Shown here piece after piece: positions 20,594 to 35,000 of a stretch of DNA of 64,000 nucleotides. The notes under the pieces are model-generated. The model was given only the letters and a program-made list of their open reading frames with translations. It made no database searches and was not told where the DNA came from. The translations under genes and the position numbers were made by a program. The stretch is from Lingula anatina (Eukaryota; Animalia; Brachiopoda). The stretch lies in assembly GCA_051362555.1 (NCBI GenBank), contig CM120642.1, forward strand, positions 14,818,001 through 14,882,000, in the 5' to 3' direction. Each line of letters starts with the position of its first letter. Position 1 is the first letter of the stretch.

Positions 20594-23500
20594 ATGAAAA
20601 CGAGGCCACTGTGCGGAAGAGAACTGAAACCGAGGCTGCAGTTTAACGGGATGGATGCAGACTTCACCCAGCTCCGAAGTACGCCCAGTAAAATTAAGAC
20701 CGAAAAGGAGCATATTGAAAATGGCCAGAGCGTCAAGACTGGTTGCAACATAATTAACATTAGATCAGTAATTAGAGAGTCAGTATTAGGTTGGTATATA
20801 CGCGCACAGCGCTCTTAATTCCCACTGGTTTCTTTCGCCGGCCAAAAATGGGGGGCCTTTCAAGTTCCAAAAGAAGTTCTTATTAGAAACACACAAGTGC
20901 CCACACTAACTGTTATGAGTATGAGCTGCTCTAAATTACACTTATAAAAAGCAGATACCTTTGTAGAATGAAGCAAGCCCATTTATGCAGTTAATAACAA
21001 GTCCTACAAGTTACTAAAAGTATCTTATGCATATATATTTGTTACATGCAAAGAGTAAAGATCAAAATTTTCTTTTCCATGTTGTTTTTAATTTGTTCCC
21101 CCTCCAAAACTGAGCAAAAACATGACTAAACCACAGGTTAGATTGCACTTCTTTTTCCATAGTACAAACATTCATTAGTTAACCAAGTGTTCTTGTAATA
21201 TATGGTCCCTGGCATGTGCTAGCCCTTATGAAAAAGTCCTACAGGAACCTATGGGACTTTTTCGTTAGGGCTGTTGTGCTATAACATCAAAATAGTGTAA
21301 GCACATCATATCAAAGACTTTATACAGGAGTGCAACAAATAAATTTTAATGTTATCTAGTCTAATGACTTAATGGTTTGGTAAACTAAGAATTATTCACA
21401 GGTCAGAGACTGTTTGTTCTGATATATTTTGTTTCATGGGTAAGTATCAAGATCTGTCAGAGCAGGGAAAATGGTCTCTACCAGTTACCAGTATGTTGCT
21501 TAAATAGAATTTATCGTGAAATCTTGATCCTCAAATGTTGAATTGTTGAACCTTCAGCTGGAACAGTGGTCTTGCTTACATACTTTAAAAAATTTCTTTT
21601 TTGCCAGTTTTGATTTAGATATTGGAACTTAAATACCTTTGGACTGCCCAAATAATTATATCAATCCTGCTTTATTACAGAGAGTCCCTTGATCTAAAAT
21701 TATGCCTAATAGTAATCCAAGTTGCATATGAAGGACTCCTGAATCATCCTAGCTCGTCTCTTGATTATTCTTATAAATGCAGTGTCTTTATTCATTTTAG
21801 GATATGTGTTCTGGAGCCTGTTCCAAGGATTGGGACCTATGATATGGTTTTATCCCCTGAATGAACTAGAAATCTCAGGATATGAAGTATTCTGCCTGTT
21901 GTGGCTAAGTCCAATTGTAACCTGTATTTCTCCAGTATTTCATCTCATTCAACACCCATGGGTGCTGGGCGGCCTACGTTTATTTATGGTCGGTTGCATT
22001 GCATCTTTCCAAGCACCAACAACATTACAGCGCCTGATACTTCTGGCCTTGGGAAATGGGGCAGCCATGTTGGTTTTGGTGGCCACAGTGTGGAAAGATT
22101 CTACATATCAGAGGTATTATTTTGGTGTTATTTCAGTTAATTCTCCTCGTTTATGTTTGTAAAATCCAAACACTCTCATTCAGTTTTTTTTTTCTTTTGA
22201 AAAATGAGGATTATATTTTGTATGTGTTTGTGAAATGTAAGCCTTTTTAGTAGGAAATTTGATTATAGCTGTGTATGTAGAAAGTTAATTTTTGGAAATG
22301 CAACTTAAAGCGTTATGAATTGATGATTTGATTTCTGGGTTGACTTTAAAAGACTATCCGTGTATACCCCAGGTGACTGTTTCTGCTCGTGAGATAACTA
22401 AATTTTAATATTATTATTATAATATTCCAAGCCTGGATATTACATTTCAGATACCTGACATTTTGGGGTCTTATGGTGGGCTTCTTTGCAGTTTTGGCAG
22501 GGAGGATATGGTTCACCTCTTTTATCCCAACATGGTGGGACAATCCAACCAATTCAGCAGTCCTTGCAGTAGGACTCATAGCTACAGTAGACAAAATAAT
22601 GTCTGGTATGTGAAGAAAAGGGAGATATTGCAGGGTGTTTGTGTAGAATCATCATGATACCAAAGTTATGAAATTGTAACTTCCAAAAATAAATTAATTG
22701 ACAAGTACTGTTTTTAGTTCAGTCCTTCACAATCAGTTTCCATGTATTTATATGGTGCTTAAAAGAAGAACAGTTGGAATCAAAAACTACTTGTCGATGA
22801 GATTGTAAATAGAAGTTTATATAAAATAATTATAAAACACAAGCTGAAATGTTTTCATACTGTTAGTTATGGCCAAGTTAGTTGCATAGGGTCCTTGTCC
22901 CTACACCACCTACTGGTCATGGAGTAACAATATCTCTAGATTCACATTAGTCTGATGAAGACCTATGGACAGGTTTGCTGTAAGGTAATTGTATGAAAAC
23001 ATTTCAGCTTGTGATTTATCATAATTATATAATTATGATATTATCCAACTACCAAGCTAATGGACATTTTTTGTTAAATAAAACTTATTTATAAAAATCC
23101 GGCACAGGCATAATTTATCCTGATATGCCAGTGATAATATTATTTGAGTCCTCTCAATAGTTATGATCAACAGTTTTTCCTCTGGTTTTCTATTTTCTTT
23201 AATTTCTTTTCACAACCAAGGTGATGACAGTCTGCCAGTCCAGAAAATCTCTTCCCCAAGGCCTTATTGGCTGTCCACTGGCGTAGGCTTTGGTAGCCTT
23301 CTCTATCTTACTCACTGGATATTTGGAGAAGTTTCCATAGCAACAAGATGGGTGGTGACTGGATACCCTGACCATGGCCCTCAGCCTAATCCCTGGGGGT
23401 AAGAGAGAGATGAGAGCTCCTCTTTTAGATTTTAAATGAATTTATGAATGAATAAAAATAATATACAGTACTAGCATTTGTAACTAGCAAAGTGCTATTA

Positions 23501-26500
23501 GGTTATATATAAATAGTAAAGACCTAGTTTTGTATGTAGTTCTTTTCTTCTCTTGAAGCAAATCTGAAAAGTTTTATGTGGCATATTTGATAGACAATAA
23601 ACTATTTTGTATTGATCTGTTAATATAGGAACAGTGTCTTTGTAACAATAAACCATGACCTTACAGATGGGATGTTTGTCCTAGATAATTTTAATCTTTG
23701 TGCTTTTTGTTATAAATATAAATAAATTAAGTGCTATAATTATTCTTGTTTACATCCTCAGAAGTGAAAATATCTCAATTTCAGGGCTACCATTCTTATT
23801 TCCCTAGCTTTTGGCATACTGGTATGCTGCAGGTTTTCTGCATCTAAAATTTGGTGGATTGATGGAGCTCTAAGCCTGGTGGGCCTGTACTATTTGCCCA
23901 CATGGCAAGGATTTGCATGTAAGTTGTGGCAGTCTGGGGCACATATGTACAGTATGCTGATAAATGGGTTCTTGCTCACACATTTTTGTTTTATCAACAT
24001 TACATTTTTAATAAAAAAAATTATTTAATTTGCAAAAAAAAAAAAAAAAAAAAGAACAGCATGTACTTCATGAAAAATAGAAAACAGAAATAACCAAAAA
24101 ATATGTGCTTGCACAAGATAAAGCAGTTTGTGTGTACTGTGCTAGATGGGAATGATGTATACAGTATGTGCTAGTGGAGGCAGTGTGTGTGCGTGCGTGT
24201 GATTCTCCAGCTAGTATACTTCCATTCTATTATTGTTCACAATATTGTTGCATTTATATTGATATCTGTGTAGATTCTATATTTTTACAGACTTAATGCA
24301 AAATGTACTTAATTCTTCAAATCTTGTAGGTGCTAACCTCCTGGCTATTTACACCATGTCCATCTGGCCAGAGATGATTGACCGACTAAGCAGGTGTCCA
24401 GCGGGACCTACACTGACCCTATCTGTAGTCACTTATCTGGTAGAGATCTTCTTTTCGGTGTGGACTGTGGCATACAACTTTGTCCCCGGAGGAGAGTTCA
24501 CTAGAGAACACACTGACTATCTTATTGGCTTCATGGTGGTATGCTTAGGCTTGGGACTCTTTACAAGTAAGTTGCAACCAATGACTGAATATTTAACTGG
24601 CAAAACATATAGGATGATGTACATATTCTTGTGATATACAAACGTGCTAATTCTGTGAATAAGCAATACTCCGAAGATGCTTAGTGAACTTGCTTTGACA
24701 ATGAGGTTTGTTTGCTTTGATTGAAGGAAATATCTCAGTTTTGTGTAAATATATGATTGATTTTCTGAGGATGTTATCAGGGAAAATGGGCCTAATATGT
24801 TTCTTTTTCCTGCAAAGGCTCAAGTGTAAAAGTCCCTGGCCACACAGCCTTCAGTTTGAAGAAGCCCAATGGCACAGTGAAGGGAGCTCTATTGTGTATG
24901 GTGTTACTGGGTCTGGGAGGATTTCTGTCAAGGCAGGACCCTAACAGATATAATCATCCAGTGAAGGTATCAATAACATGCTATAGAAATGGTCCACTGT
25001 GTTAAAAAGTCTCATTCACTTATAACTTTCTTTTTTTTTTTAAGTACGAGAAATTGTCAAAAAATGTACATGTTTTTGTATTGAGTTTTAAGCTTTTAAA
25101 AATGGATAATTTGTTTAGTCATATTTCCCTAATTTCACTGAATTTTGGTTCATATTCCCAGTATTCACCCAAGACATTCCGTGCCGCTATATGGACGTAC
25201 CACTTCGGATATGATAACAAAGGATGGCCAAGTTTGGAGAGGTCCTTTCAACTATTAAATGATACAGGTAAGGGGAAAAACTAAGTCAAGGATATGTGCA
25301 AAATGACAAGTAAGACCACTAAATGTAGATCCCGGACTGCACTGACTAACTTGGAGAGGTTCTTATGGTGGAGAGGTTCTTCTTATGGTAATATAATAAA
25401 GGTGATGAGGGAGTTGAATATTCATTTGGAGAATTTCCTCTGTTGTTGATGTTTTATGGTGAATTATAAGAGTTGTTAGATTTTATGTTCAGAAATGAGG
25501 AAAATGTAGGGTAATGAAAATTAACTAACATTTATTTAATCATGAATCTTCATTCTTCAACCCTGGAGCAGATGGGGAGAGGGGATCAAGTAACTGTGGT
25601 GCATTTATGAATGACTAACAATATTCAAAATCTCAGGTGCTGACTTCATTACTCTCCTGGAGAGTGATGCATCCAAGCCATTCCTGGGTAATAACGACCT
25701 TGGGATGTGGTTAGGGGAGAGGCTGGGCATGTATGTGGACTTTGGACCCGCTACAAAAGACCACACTTGGGGGTAAGAATTGGGTCATGTTTAAGTTAGA
25801 CCAGTGTTACAGTGTAGATTAAAAAATGTGGTGTGTAGGTCATTAGTTCAAGTAGCTGTATAAAATGGTGAGTGTTTGCTGTGTGAAGGGGACACTTTAC
25901 TTTTCCAGACTCATACATGATAAATTGTACAAGGGCTGAAATGCTGATGAAATTAGTTTTTGTAGTAACAGTATTACCCTTTTCTTATGAATAAAAACGA
26001 ACCGATGAATTTTTTTTACCTTCTTTCAACCCGGTTCAGAAACTTGAAAATAGTATTAAAACAGTTCTTACACTTCTATATAGGTCCTACTGTAGTTTTT
26101 CTCTTACTTGTGAATACATTTCCTGTGTTTGTGAATGTTTTGTCTGCCACTTTCTTTCATCCTGATATCATTTTTGTTTTACAGAAATCTTATCCTCTCC
26201 AAGTATCCCATTGTCAAGTCTAAACATCATCTGCTTCCTTCTCCACATGGTTAGTATTTGTATATGAATATGATGCTTTCATGTCAATAGTGTGTGCTGT
26301 TTATCATTGTAGTATACAGGTACTGTATTTCTAAACCTACATTGTGTATGTGTTTAAATTCATAATAAAAATATTCCATATAATCAGCATTTTTCTTTCT
26401 TCTTACAGGTGAGCTCGCTCCTGGCATTACAGCTACAGTGAACTATAGCGGTAGTCTAGTGGACTTTGTGGTCACACACATGGGCAATGACCGGGATGTA

Positions 26501-29020
26501 CTGGACAGGGAACTGCAGGCAAAGTTTTTAGCCAATGAACTGAAAAATAGGTCAGTTCAAATTTTCAAACGAATTCTTTGTAGCTGATGCAGTGATAACA
26601 GATATGACAGTATATTAAAATTTTTTAAAAAATCACATTTAGAATAAGAATATGGCTTAAGGCATTTGTATTATTTGTAAAGTTCACTATTCAGTTTTGA
26701 ACCCATAGGTATGGTACACTGTGATGCCAAGTAGATATTTTCTGAAGAGACACTCAAAGAGAATATTTATTTTTTCACCTGAAGAAGTAAATTAGTTTGT
26801 AAAGAATTATCACCCTACCAGTCTGTGCCAGCTACATTTAGCCCACCACTGACCTGCTTCACAAAAAGAGACTTTGACACAAAATAAAGCGACAATAGTT
26901 AAAGTATATGAAATAAATTCCATTTATTTTATTATAGGAAAGACACATCTCAGACCACTACTTTATTTATTAAATAAACTACTCTGGATTTATCTTATGG
27001 TTTTGGACAATGAATCCGTAAAATAACAGTTCCCTCCAGACAAATAGTTTGATATATGACATGGCCAAACCTTCAGAATTAATACAATACCTTGTCACAC
27101 AAGGGCAACTTTGTTTTACTGTAGTTAATAATTAAAATCAAAATCACAATTATATCTTTTGTCAATTTTTGCTTTCAGGATAACTTTCAAAATGCCCAAT
27201 CATATATCTAATCACGTAGTTTACCTAAGCGTTTATTATAGAATTATGTAGAATTTTTGGAACATCTTTCAGCAAGAACCCAGCTGTCTTCCTCGGTTAT
27301 GTCACCTCCTCCCCTGGGAGCAGAGACTATTACCAGTTCATCAACCAAGGTCAGGTCAAGGACATTGATGCCACAGACAGGGAGAGATGGTGTGAATACA
27401 TTATGTATAAAAAACTTATCAGGTAAGTGACAGGTTTAAAGATTAAAAATCGGTGAAAGAATATATTTAGATATAATGATAAACATTGTCTTTTAATGTA
27501 TTTTAATGTGCAACATTAATCACGTATCAAGTAAACTAAAATAAAATGAGGCCTGAGAATTGTATATTTGTTCTGATACTGCATGGACATCATTTTTGCT
27601 TTGGGCCTGATTATTTCTAAACTATAGTGTCCCAAAAGGCAAGAAGACGAAAAGTGTTTGGCACATTCACAAGTGAACAAGGAATAGGCTATTAACATAT
27701 ATTTTTTTAATTAATATTTTTTTTCTTGAAAAATTGGCAGTGGAAAGAACTTATATTTATATACACACATTTATGCAGTAAGAATTCAAATATTTGTCAC
27801 ACTGGAAATACAATAACTATAAATGAAGCCTGGTGATTTTCTCATCAGACTGGGCTATGCCAGGGTATCCCACGGAGGTCTCAGTGACACAGAGCTCCAG
27901 ATGGCCACCTTTCAGATCCCTGAGGACACTGACCACTACAAGGACAATGACAAATATGTGACTGACCCAAACAAGGTGGATGAAAAGCACAGGTTTAATG
28001 AAAGGTATGGTGAAGTTTTTTTTGGAAAGTAAATTATCTGGGTTGATTATTCAAATTGAGCTTCATTTAATCAAAGGCTGTTACATGGCTAACATGCAGG
28101 GTAAATAATTTTGTACACTATGTAGACTAAATTAAACTAAGTGCTGTAAAATATAGATTAAGGGGCCAATCCTGTGGATTTTTTTCCTGCACACTTTTCT
28201 GCACATTTGAAAAACCCCACAGTCATATTTGTTTCCTAGAAAATTTCTTATATTTCTTAATTCAGTCTCTAAAGACAATGAAATTCTTAAGATAAAAGCT
28301 TATCTGAAGCATACCTTGTGTTGCTACAAAAAACACTGCCATTTTTTGTGTGAAAATGAATCGGTTGTTTTTGCTGGCTAGTCATTCAAAAGTAATTTAG
28401 AAGTATGATTTTAAAATTGGAATAAAAAAACCCAAATGTGGGGATGGATCAAGCAAAAACTCCTGAGAAGGAGAAAATTGCTCTTTACCCCTGGAAAATT
28501 CAGTTAGGGAATTCTATGTAGTTGCCCTTTCAATATGTGAATAAAAGTATACTAGTAAGTAGTATATATTCTGTTATGTATGTACATTTTTTTCATATAC
28601 ACTATTTTCAGACCAGAGTAATTATTGTTTTTCTATGTATATATATATATTTTTTAAACCTTTTGCACAATTAATGGAGATGTTTTTGAAAGGACCAGTG
28701 TAGATTATAACGTACAAGGCTGGAATAATCTAAGATGTGATGAAAATTAAAGAATTATGAAAAAAATGCCGGTTTTTATATCATTAGAAGCTATTGAAAA
28801 GTTAGTTGCATGCTAAATGATGTGTCTGTTTGAAAAATGAGTCAGAATTTCTCTGAATGTTAAATATAGTCTAGTTTTTAGAACAGTGGCATGTTTATAA
28901 TTATTATTTATCATTATTTATTCTAGGTTTGGCCGCTACAGTGTGGGCCATAACTGGATAGAGGAGCATCGGTTCCACATGAGCACACCAAAATATTTCA
29001 TACATCGTGAGGGAAGTTGA
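20594..29020 (+). CDS. CWH43: PGAP2-interacting protein / CWH43 C-terminal-type GPI lipid remodelling protein, ~736 aa, 14 exons
   Basis: Exons 20594-20789, 21801-22113, 22451-22605, 23221-23398, 23785-23918, 24330-24566, 24818-24966, 25162-25267, 25637-25772, 26185-26249, 26409-26550, 27273-27422, 27849-28004, 28927-29020 (2211 nt, in frame). Motifs: [129 protein letters not shown]. There is no N-terminal PGAP2/Frag1 domain, which matches the animal-type architecture. Confidence 0.93.
21221..21272. repeat. Short hairpin (mini-foldback) in CWH43 intron 1
   Basis: AGCCCTTATGAAAAAGTCC(T)A and TGGGACTTTTTCGTTAGGGCT are ~21-bp imperfect inverted arms around a ~10-nt loop. Confidence 0.6.
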
Positions 29021-32005
29021 GCCAATACTTGGCATTTGAAGCAATATGAAAAGTATTTTCACAAAGATTATGGAGCACAAAGTTTATACTGCATTTATAC
29101 TGTTATAACAGTGTTTCTTTTGATATCAAAAGGTTTTACAAGTGTTCATAGTGCCATTACCTGAAAATGTTTCATAAAGTTAATATTGCATTTCTACTCT
29201 TATTGCAATATTTCTTTTGATATCAAAAGTTTTGCTAAGTGCATGTAGTGCCATAAGGTAATATTGTTTCAAGAATTTTGTTGGTTGCATCCATTTCTGA
29301 AATTTACGAACTCCCGCGATTATTTTAACAAAGATAAGGTTTAATTATGGTTTCTGCTTTTACAGCATCTCTTGTATAAAAATAACCTGCTAACCATAAC
29401 TAAATTATTTATTCAGAAACTGGAAAAAGTAACCATTGTTTATTATGTTATTTTATTGTACCACCAGCGTGGCAGCATTTTGCCTCTGGTTCACCAGTAT
29501 TTTATGATGTAAATCTGGTGTTTTTTTACCCTTTTTTCCACAAGATATTGCATTTTAGTTTTAATGTGCATATATTGTCATTTAAGAGTAGGTACTAAGA
29601 TAGTATGTTATGGTTGTGAAGAAATGACCAGAAAGTGTCTGTTAATTTTTTAACAAGTGAAATGTGTTAACTCGTTGGTGTTTGGTGTTTTATGTATGCA
29701 GTGCCATACTCTTTAATTAAGCAAATATTAGATTATTTACTGTAACATTTTGCTTTTGTCTTCCATGTTATTTTAACTTGTTTGTTTGTCTGAGTATTTA
29801 TATAGTTGCAAGCAACTTTGGAAACTTAATGAGAGTATGTACCAAAATTAATAAAATTTTAACGATTTCTATTTTTTTTAACATGTATAAAATGTTTCAT
29901 TTACCAGTTGCAATACGTAGAGCACATTCCAAAATAACAATAATAATAAATAAATAAGTGCATGTGTCTAGTTAACAGAGGAACATCAGCATCTTAAAGA
30001 AATGAAAGTTCAAAGGTTATAGGTACAATAGATCCAGTAGAAGACGGCTCTTTCATCGTTCCAGCGTATTGACAGATGTTGGATTGGTATTGCTATACGT
30101 GTAAAAACACTCATTTTGAAATGAATAAAGTTATTCTTAATGCTGCCGATATGTTTTGGCCATTAATGTGATTAGGGTGCACTAGCGTCACGTCTCCCGT
30201 TTGTGTCGCACCACTTACGTCATAAAACGTCATAGACAAAACTTCGGACGTCAGACATCACTACCCAGCTGCCAGTCGTTATTCCAAACAACAGGTAATA
30301 GTTATGCTCTCTTTTTCCGCTAAAACTTGATTGTGTAATTTCATTATTTTAAAAATCACTATATCTATCCATTGATCAAGAAGGATACTGTGAAAATTGG
30401 TCGGTAAATTTTGCCCTTTTCAGTTTTTCTCCCTACCAAGTCAAAAAGTCTTCTACTCCATCGCCCGTGTCCTGGTATTCCATTTTTAATTCAGTAATTT
30501 TGATTATAGTTATCTAGTTGTTTGGACCACCATGTCTTCCTGAACATTTCAGAAAAAAAATCGACATCAGACAAAAGGGTTTAATCGTTTTTAAGGTTTG
30601 AGTTGGAGAGGATGCACCAAGTAAGAATTTAAGAAATGCAGACATAAAGTATGGCTTTGAGCCCTTTAAACAACCACATTTTGAACTATTTCTAATTTGA
30701 ACTATTTCTAAGTGTTTCTGCTTTTATTTTCATTCGTCTTTGCGAATGTGAAGCAGGGTTATGCTTAGACAAAGGGGGAAAAGCTGTAATGAATAAAAAG
30801 ACATCTTTTAATGTGGGAACAAAGAACGCAGAATAACGCATTTAATATTACCCATAAGAATGTTCATGCTTCCAAGGGTTTCTATTCACTAGCGTTTTAA
30901 TGATAATTATCATTTACTTTAGAATATGGAAACAGCATTATTTATTAAACTGCTACGCTTCGCTCTTGTCACAAGAGCACCATCAGGCTGAATGTCCACT
31001 GATCGTTAGGTGTTGGTAGACTTGTGAACGATTCTCACGAGGGGTGCATGTAGTAATTGGAGGAATGACCAGGACCGAGCATTTAAGACGTGAAATGTTT
31101 TTGAAATTAGAAAAAAAATCAATTTTATCAATTCTACTAAAGACTATAAACATATTGGTTGTTCACAGTAAATGCCTTCTATTTTTTCTTTCCCTTTCCC
31201 TCTTTTTTTCTGTTTTCCCATTCTACTTCAACCTGAAATTTAAATAAGAAGTTCGTCATTCGTATCTGCACACAGATTAGTAACCGTCCAGCAAACTTTC
31301 AAAAATATCAAAATTATTTTTTAAACACGAGGACAGTTTCCATACTTCAACATTACTATATAGAAAAAGAAAAAGAAAGACCCCCCCCCCCCCCCCCCCA
31401 TGATATATATATACTCAAAGCAAATGTATACAACATCAGCACAGACAGTACATTTTTCCTGTAAAAACGCTGGCTGGCATAAAAACGTGAAAATGTCTTC
31501 TTTAAAAAGATGAATGGGCACAATTTCCGTATTTAGGTTTGTTTTTCTTCGGCTTGCCAATAAAGTGTATACAATTCACAGTAAATGTTAAGATCCGATA
31601 TACACGTTCGATACCGTAGATATCATTGCCAGTTTTTCTTGCCCGTTCAAAACTTAAAGAACCCACTTCCAGCAATTTCCGGCAATGTCCGGCTTCCTTT
31701 CGTACAATTACGGGCCATAAATACACAAACAATATCGACCCAAACATTAAGCTACCTTAATAACATCAATAAGTTTACCTTTCCATTGTCATGAATGGAG
31801 CATTGATTTAAGAGGTCGAATCGATAAAACCAAATAATCTATTGACGCTGTGTGGACGGGCTTTGTGATGTGTATACCGGTCCTGGCAACTCGACGCCGC
31901 TTGCTTAACTACCAAACATAAACACGAACTTTGTTCCTGTGTATTGAGTCGCACCAATCAGAATAAACTGAACTGATTGAAATAGCAGCACACTAGTAGT
32001 TTAAC

Positions 32006-35000
32006 ATGGCGGCAACGGAGGTATACACTATACTACCTGGGTCTAGCCGGGGCTCTAGAGCTGCACTCAGAACCCCTAGTTTAGGCAGTGTCAAGGGATC
32101 TGGTGATGTCCGAGTAAGTGTTCATGACAGTGTGTGTTATAACTTGTCTGACAATTTTAATTCTTTATAATCATGTATAATGGTGGTAGTTACATCCAAA
32201 TATAATAACACGTGAGAGTACGCCTATGCGACCGCTCTCTGTTTGAGATGGGTGACAAATTACCAAATGTAAACGTTTTTCGACCACATCACAGTGTCGG
32301 CTGAACTGATTTGAAAATTCCCCAAACGCTGTTTTAGTCACTGTAGGTCTAGTAGGCCTACACGCCAGATACGCCCGACAAGCCGACACGTACTGTCGAG
32401 ATGGGTTCCCTTCTCACGTTGTCATCATACACTGAACATAGACATCTGATCATGTCTGAAATGAGAGATTGAATGAACGGAAATTCTGCGTTGAACAAAA
32501 CATGAAACCTATGAATAGAAAATTTCTTTGGTAAAACGATATTGGGTTAAAGACCCTACAACAGCCGCTACAACTCCTTTAATTTATATTCACATCAGGT
32601 TACAAATATCTTGTTTGACGTATTTCTTTGCAGTTGGAGTCGACAGTGCATAAAACATAATTATAAGGCTTTTATTCATTGTCACGAACATCATTTCAAA
32701 ACTGGTGTCAGCGTCAGCTTTTCAATGATCAACACTTTGTATACTGTATCAAAATGAATAACAAAATTACAGTCGAATGACTCGAATCTAATTATTTTGA
32801 AACCTATTTTGTCTTTAACTAAAATGGAAGTAAAAATGACATGTACAGAAAGTAGAAAGAAAACAATTATTGGAATTATAATTTCAAGTTAAACTTCACT
32901 ATGTTCGAGATCCCAGCCAAATCTTGTTATTGAGGTTTCTTTAATATCCTAGCAAAACAGTGTATGAGACCTGTCTATCTCTAAGCTGTTACCGTAAATA
33001 TTAATATTTTACGGTAACAGCTATTTAATTAATATGTATTTTGACAAAATACATCTACATGTTATCTTTATGCAAGCAATTTAGTTCGGTTGCCACATGG
33101 TAGACAGGCCATTAACATCAAAATCAGTATTAATGGAATTTTCAACGACCGTTACGTCCCATTTACATTACAATCGGTAACATCCATGTTACTGAATTAA
33201 TGTACGTTAATCGCGATATCCCTGCTAGAAAAAGCGAAATGCCGATGTTGATATCATATAAATGTATTGACAATCACTAGGAGTGCCGCTGGATATGATA
33301 GAAACATTATTAATTATGTAAATCTATCATGCCGAAGGAAGCGATTACATGTTGAAATTTGAAACAAAAAATTTATGTTGTCTGTACAGAGGCCTAACAG
33401 TTCCTCGCGTACTTTAAAATAAGTAAGAGATCTTAATATAATTCAGTGGCACGTTTTTTTCGGTTTTTTTTATTTTAATCAATAGTTCAATTCTCTTTCT
33501 TTTTTTAGCTTGGTGAGGATGTTTTAGCTCCGAAATTTTCCGAACATCTTCAAAGTTACATCACCCACAGCAATACAGGACCTCAGGACCAGAGGAAAGC
33601 TTTGGATTTACTCACATCTCTACAGTTAGCAGAGGAAGCAAAAGAAGCTGAAAATCCATTGAGGCCGAGAACGGCTATGCCAGCACTAGGTAAGATTTGC
33701 GTTATAGATAGATATAAGTCGACATGCCTTTTAACTCCCCAGCTTAACCTTTTTTCTACTCTCTCTCCCTCTCTCTGCGCCCGCGCATGTGTGCTTGTTC
33801 TGAAATCTAATTTTTATACATGCACATACACATGTGTAGTTAACATATGCATACAAGTACATATAATGTGACAAGATTCATAATTAATACTTAGTCTGTT
33901 AGGAAAAGAACGAAAGTCGTTTCAGATATGAGACTGAAGATTAAAAGGTATAACATTTAGAGCTGGCCAGCTCTTCTGAGTGTATTGTTGGGTTGTAATT
34001 CTATGGATAAGATTTTTTTGACGATGAGTAATGTCGTTAGTAATGTAGGAAATTCTACAGGTGCAATTGCACAGAACTTTACTTTTATGATTATATCCAG
34101 CAAAGCCTTGCATTTTGTACCTCCAATTTTTCGAAATGGTTCACAAGTCAAGAATGAATATAAGTGCAATGAATGACATTGAACCTTGTGGTTTTTATGA
34201 ATGAGGTTTATGGCTGTATTGAGTAAGTTAAAATGATATCAGTAGATTAAGTAGGCCGTCGATCTCTTCGGGGGCACAGTGAGTGTTTGTAGAGGTGTAA
34301 TACTCAAGTGCCTTGACAACGTAAATTAATTCGGGGCGTGGCCAGGGTTAGTAAACACTCCCACATACTGTATATACGTAGCAGTAAGATAAGTTTTATA
34401 TGGGAACTAACAACCACTATGAAATCAACTGTAAAAAATTAAAACATCCTGCCATGTGTGATAGTCAAGACATATCATCTAATTTTCCTATTTTCAACGT
34501 TTTTCAGGACGTCCAAAATTAGAAAAGATACTTAACCCTTATTTCACAACATATGAAAGAGAATATTATATGAAAATGGCACCAGACACAGACGCTGAAA
34601 GGTATGTTTTATCATTAAACTAGTACTATTTCTTACCTCTATTTATAAGTTTAACCATTACTTTTTGTCGAAAGCTAAAATTTCAACGCACCCCCCCCCA
34701 ACGTTTTGATAGTGTCATTTCCATCTATGATTTTCTACGTCAATGCAAGTGGGCTTTATGACCTTTTAATTGTATAGGGCCATTTATTTATATCTTTTAT
34801 TTTTTAAAATATATAACTGATGATTTACGAGTATTCAATATGTTGGTTTGTATCTGATGTTTATATTCCATCGTTTTGCCAGGCCAATGACGTCTAGAGC
34901 GTTTGCTTCCACATACGAACTTGGTGGCCCTATAGGTGCTACAACATACGATGAAGAGTTTTATAAGAAACCAAATAAAAGAACAGAACCTGTACGATCA

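Noticed and set aside
29113-29260. Degenerate direct repeat with TTTTGATATCAAAA palindromes in the CWH43 3'UTR as a regulatory RNA element
   Set aside because: Short and AT-rich, and adequately explained by an old local duplication.
29994-30670. Kolobok-like non-autonomous element ending CCCTTTAA
   Set aside because: No convincing matching left terminal inverted repeat.
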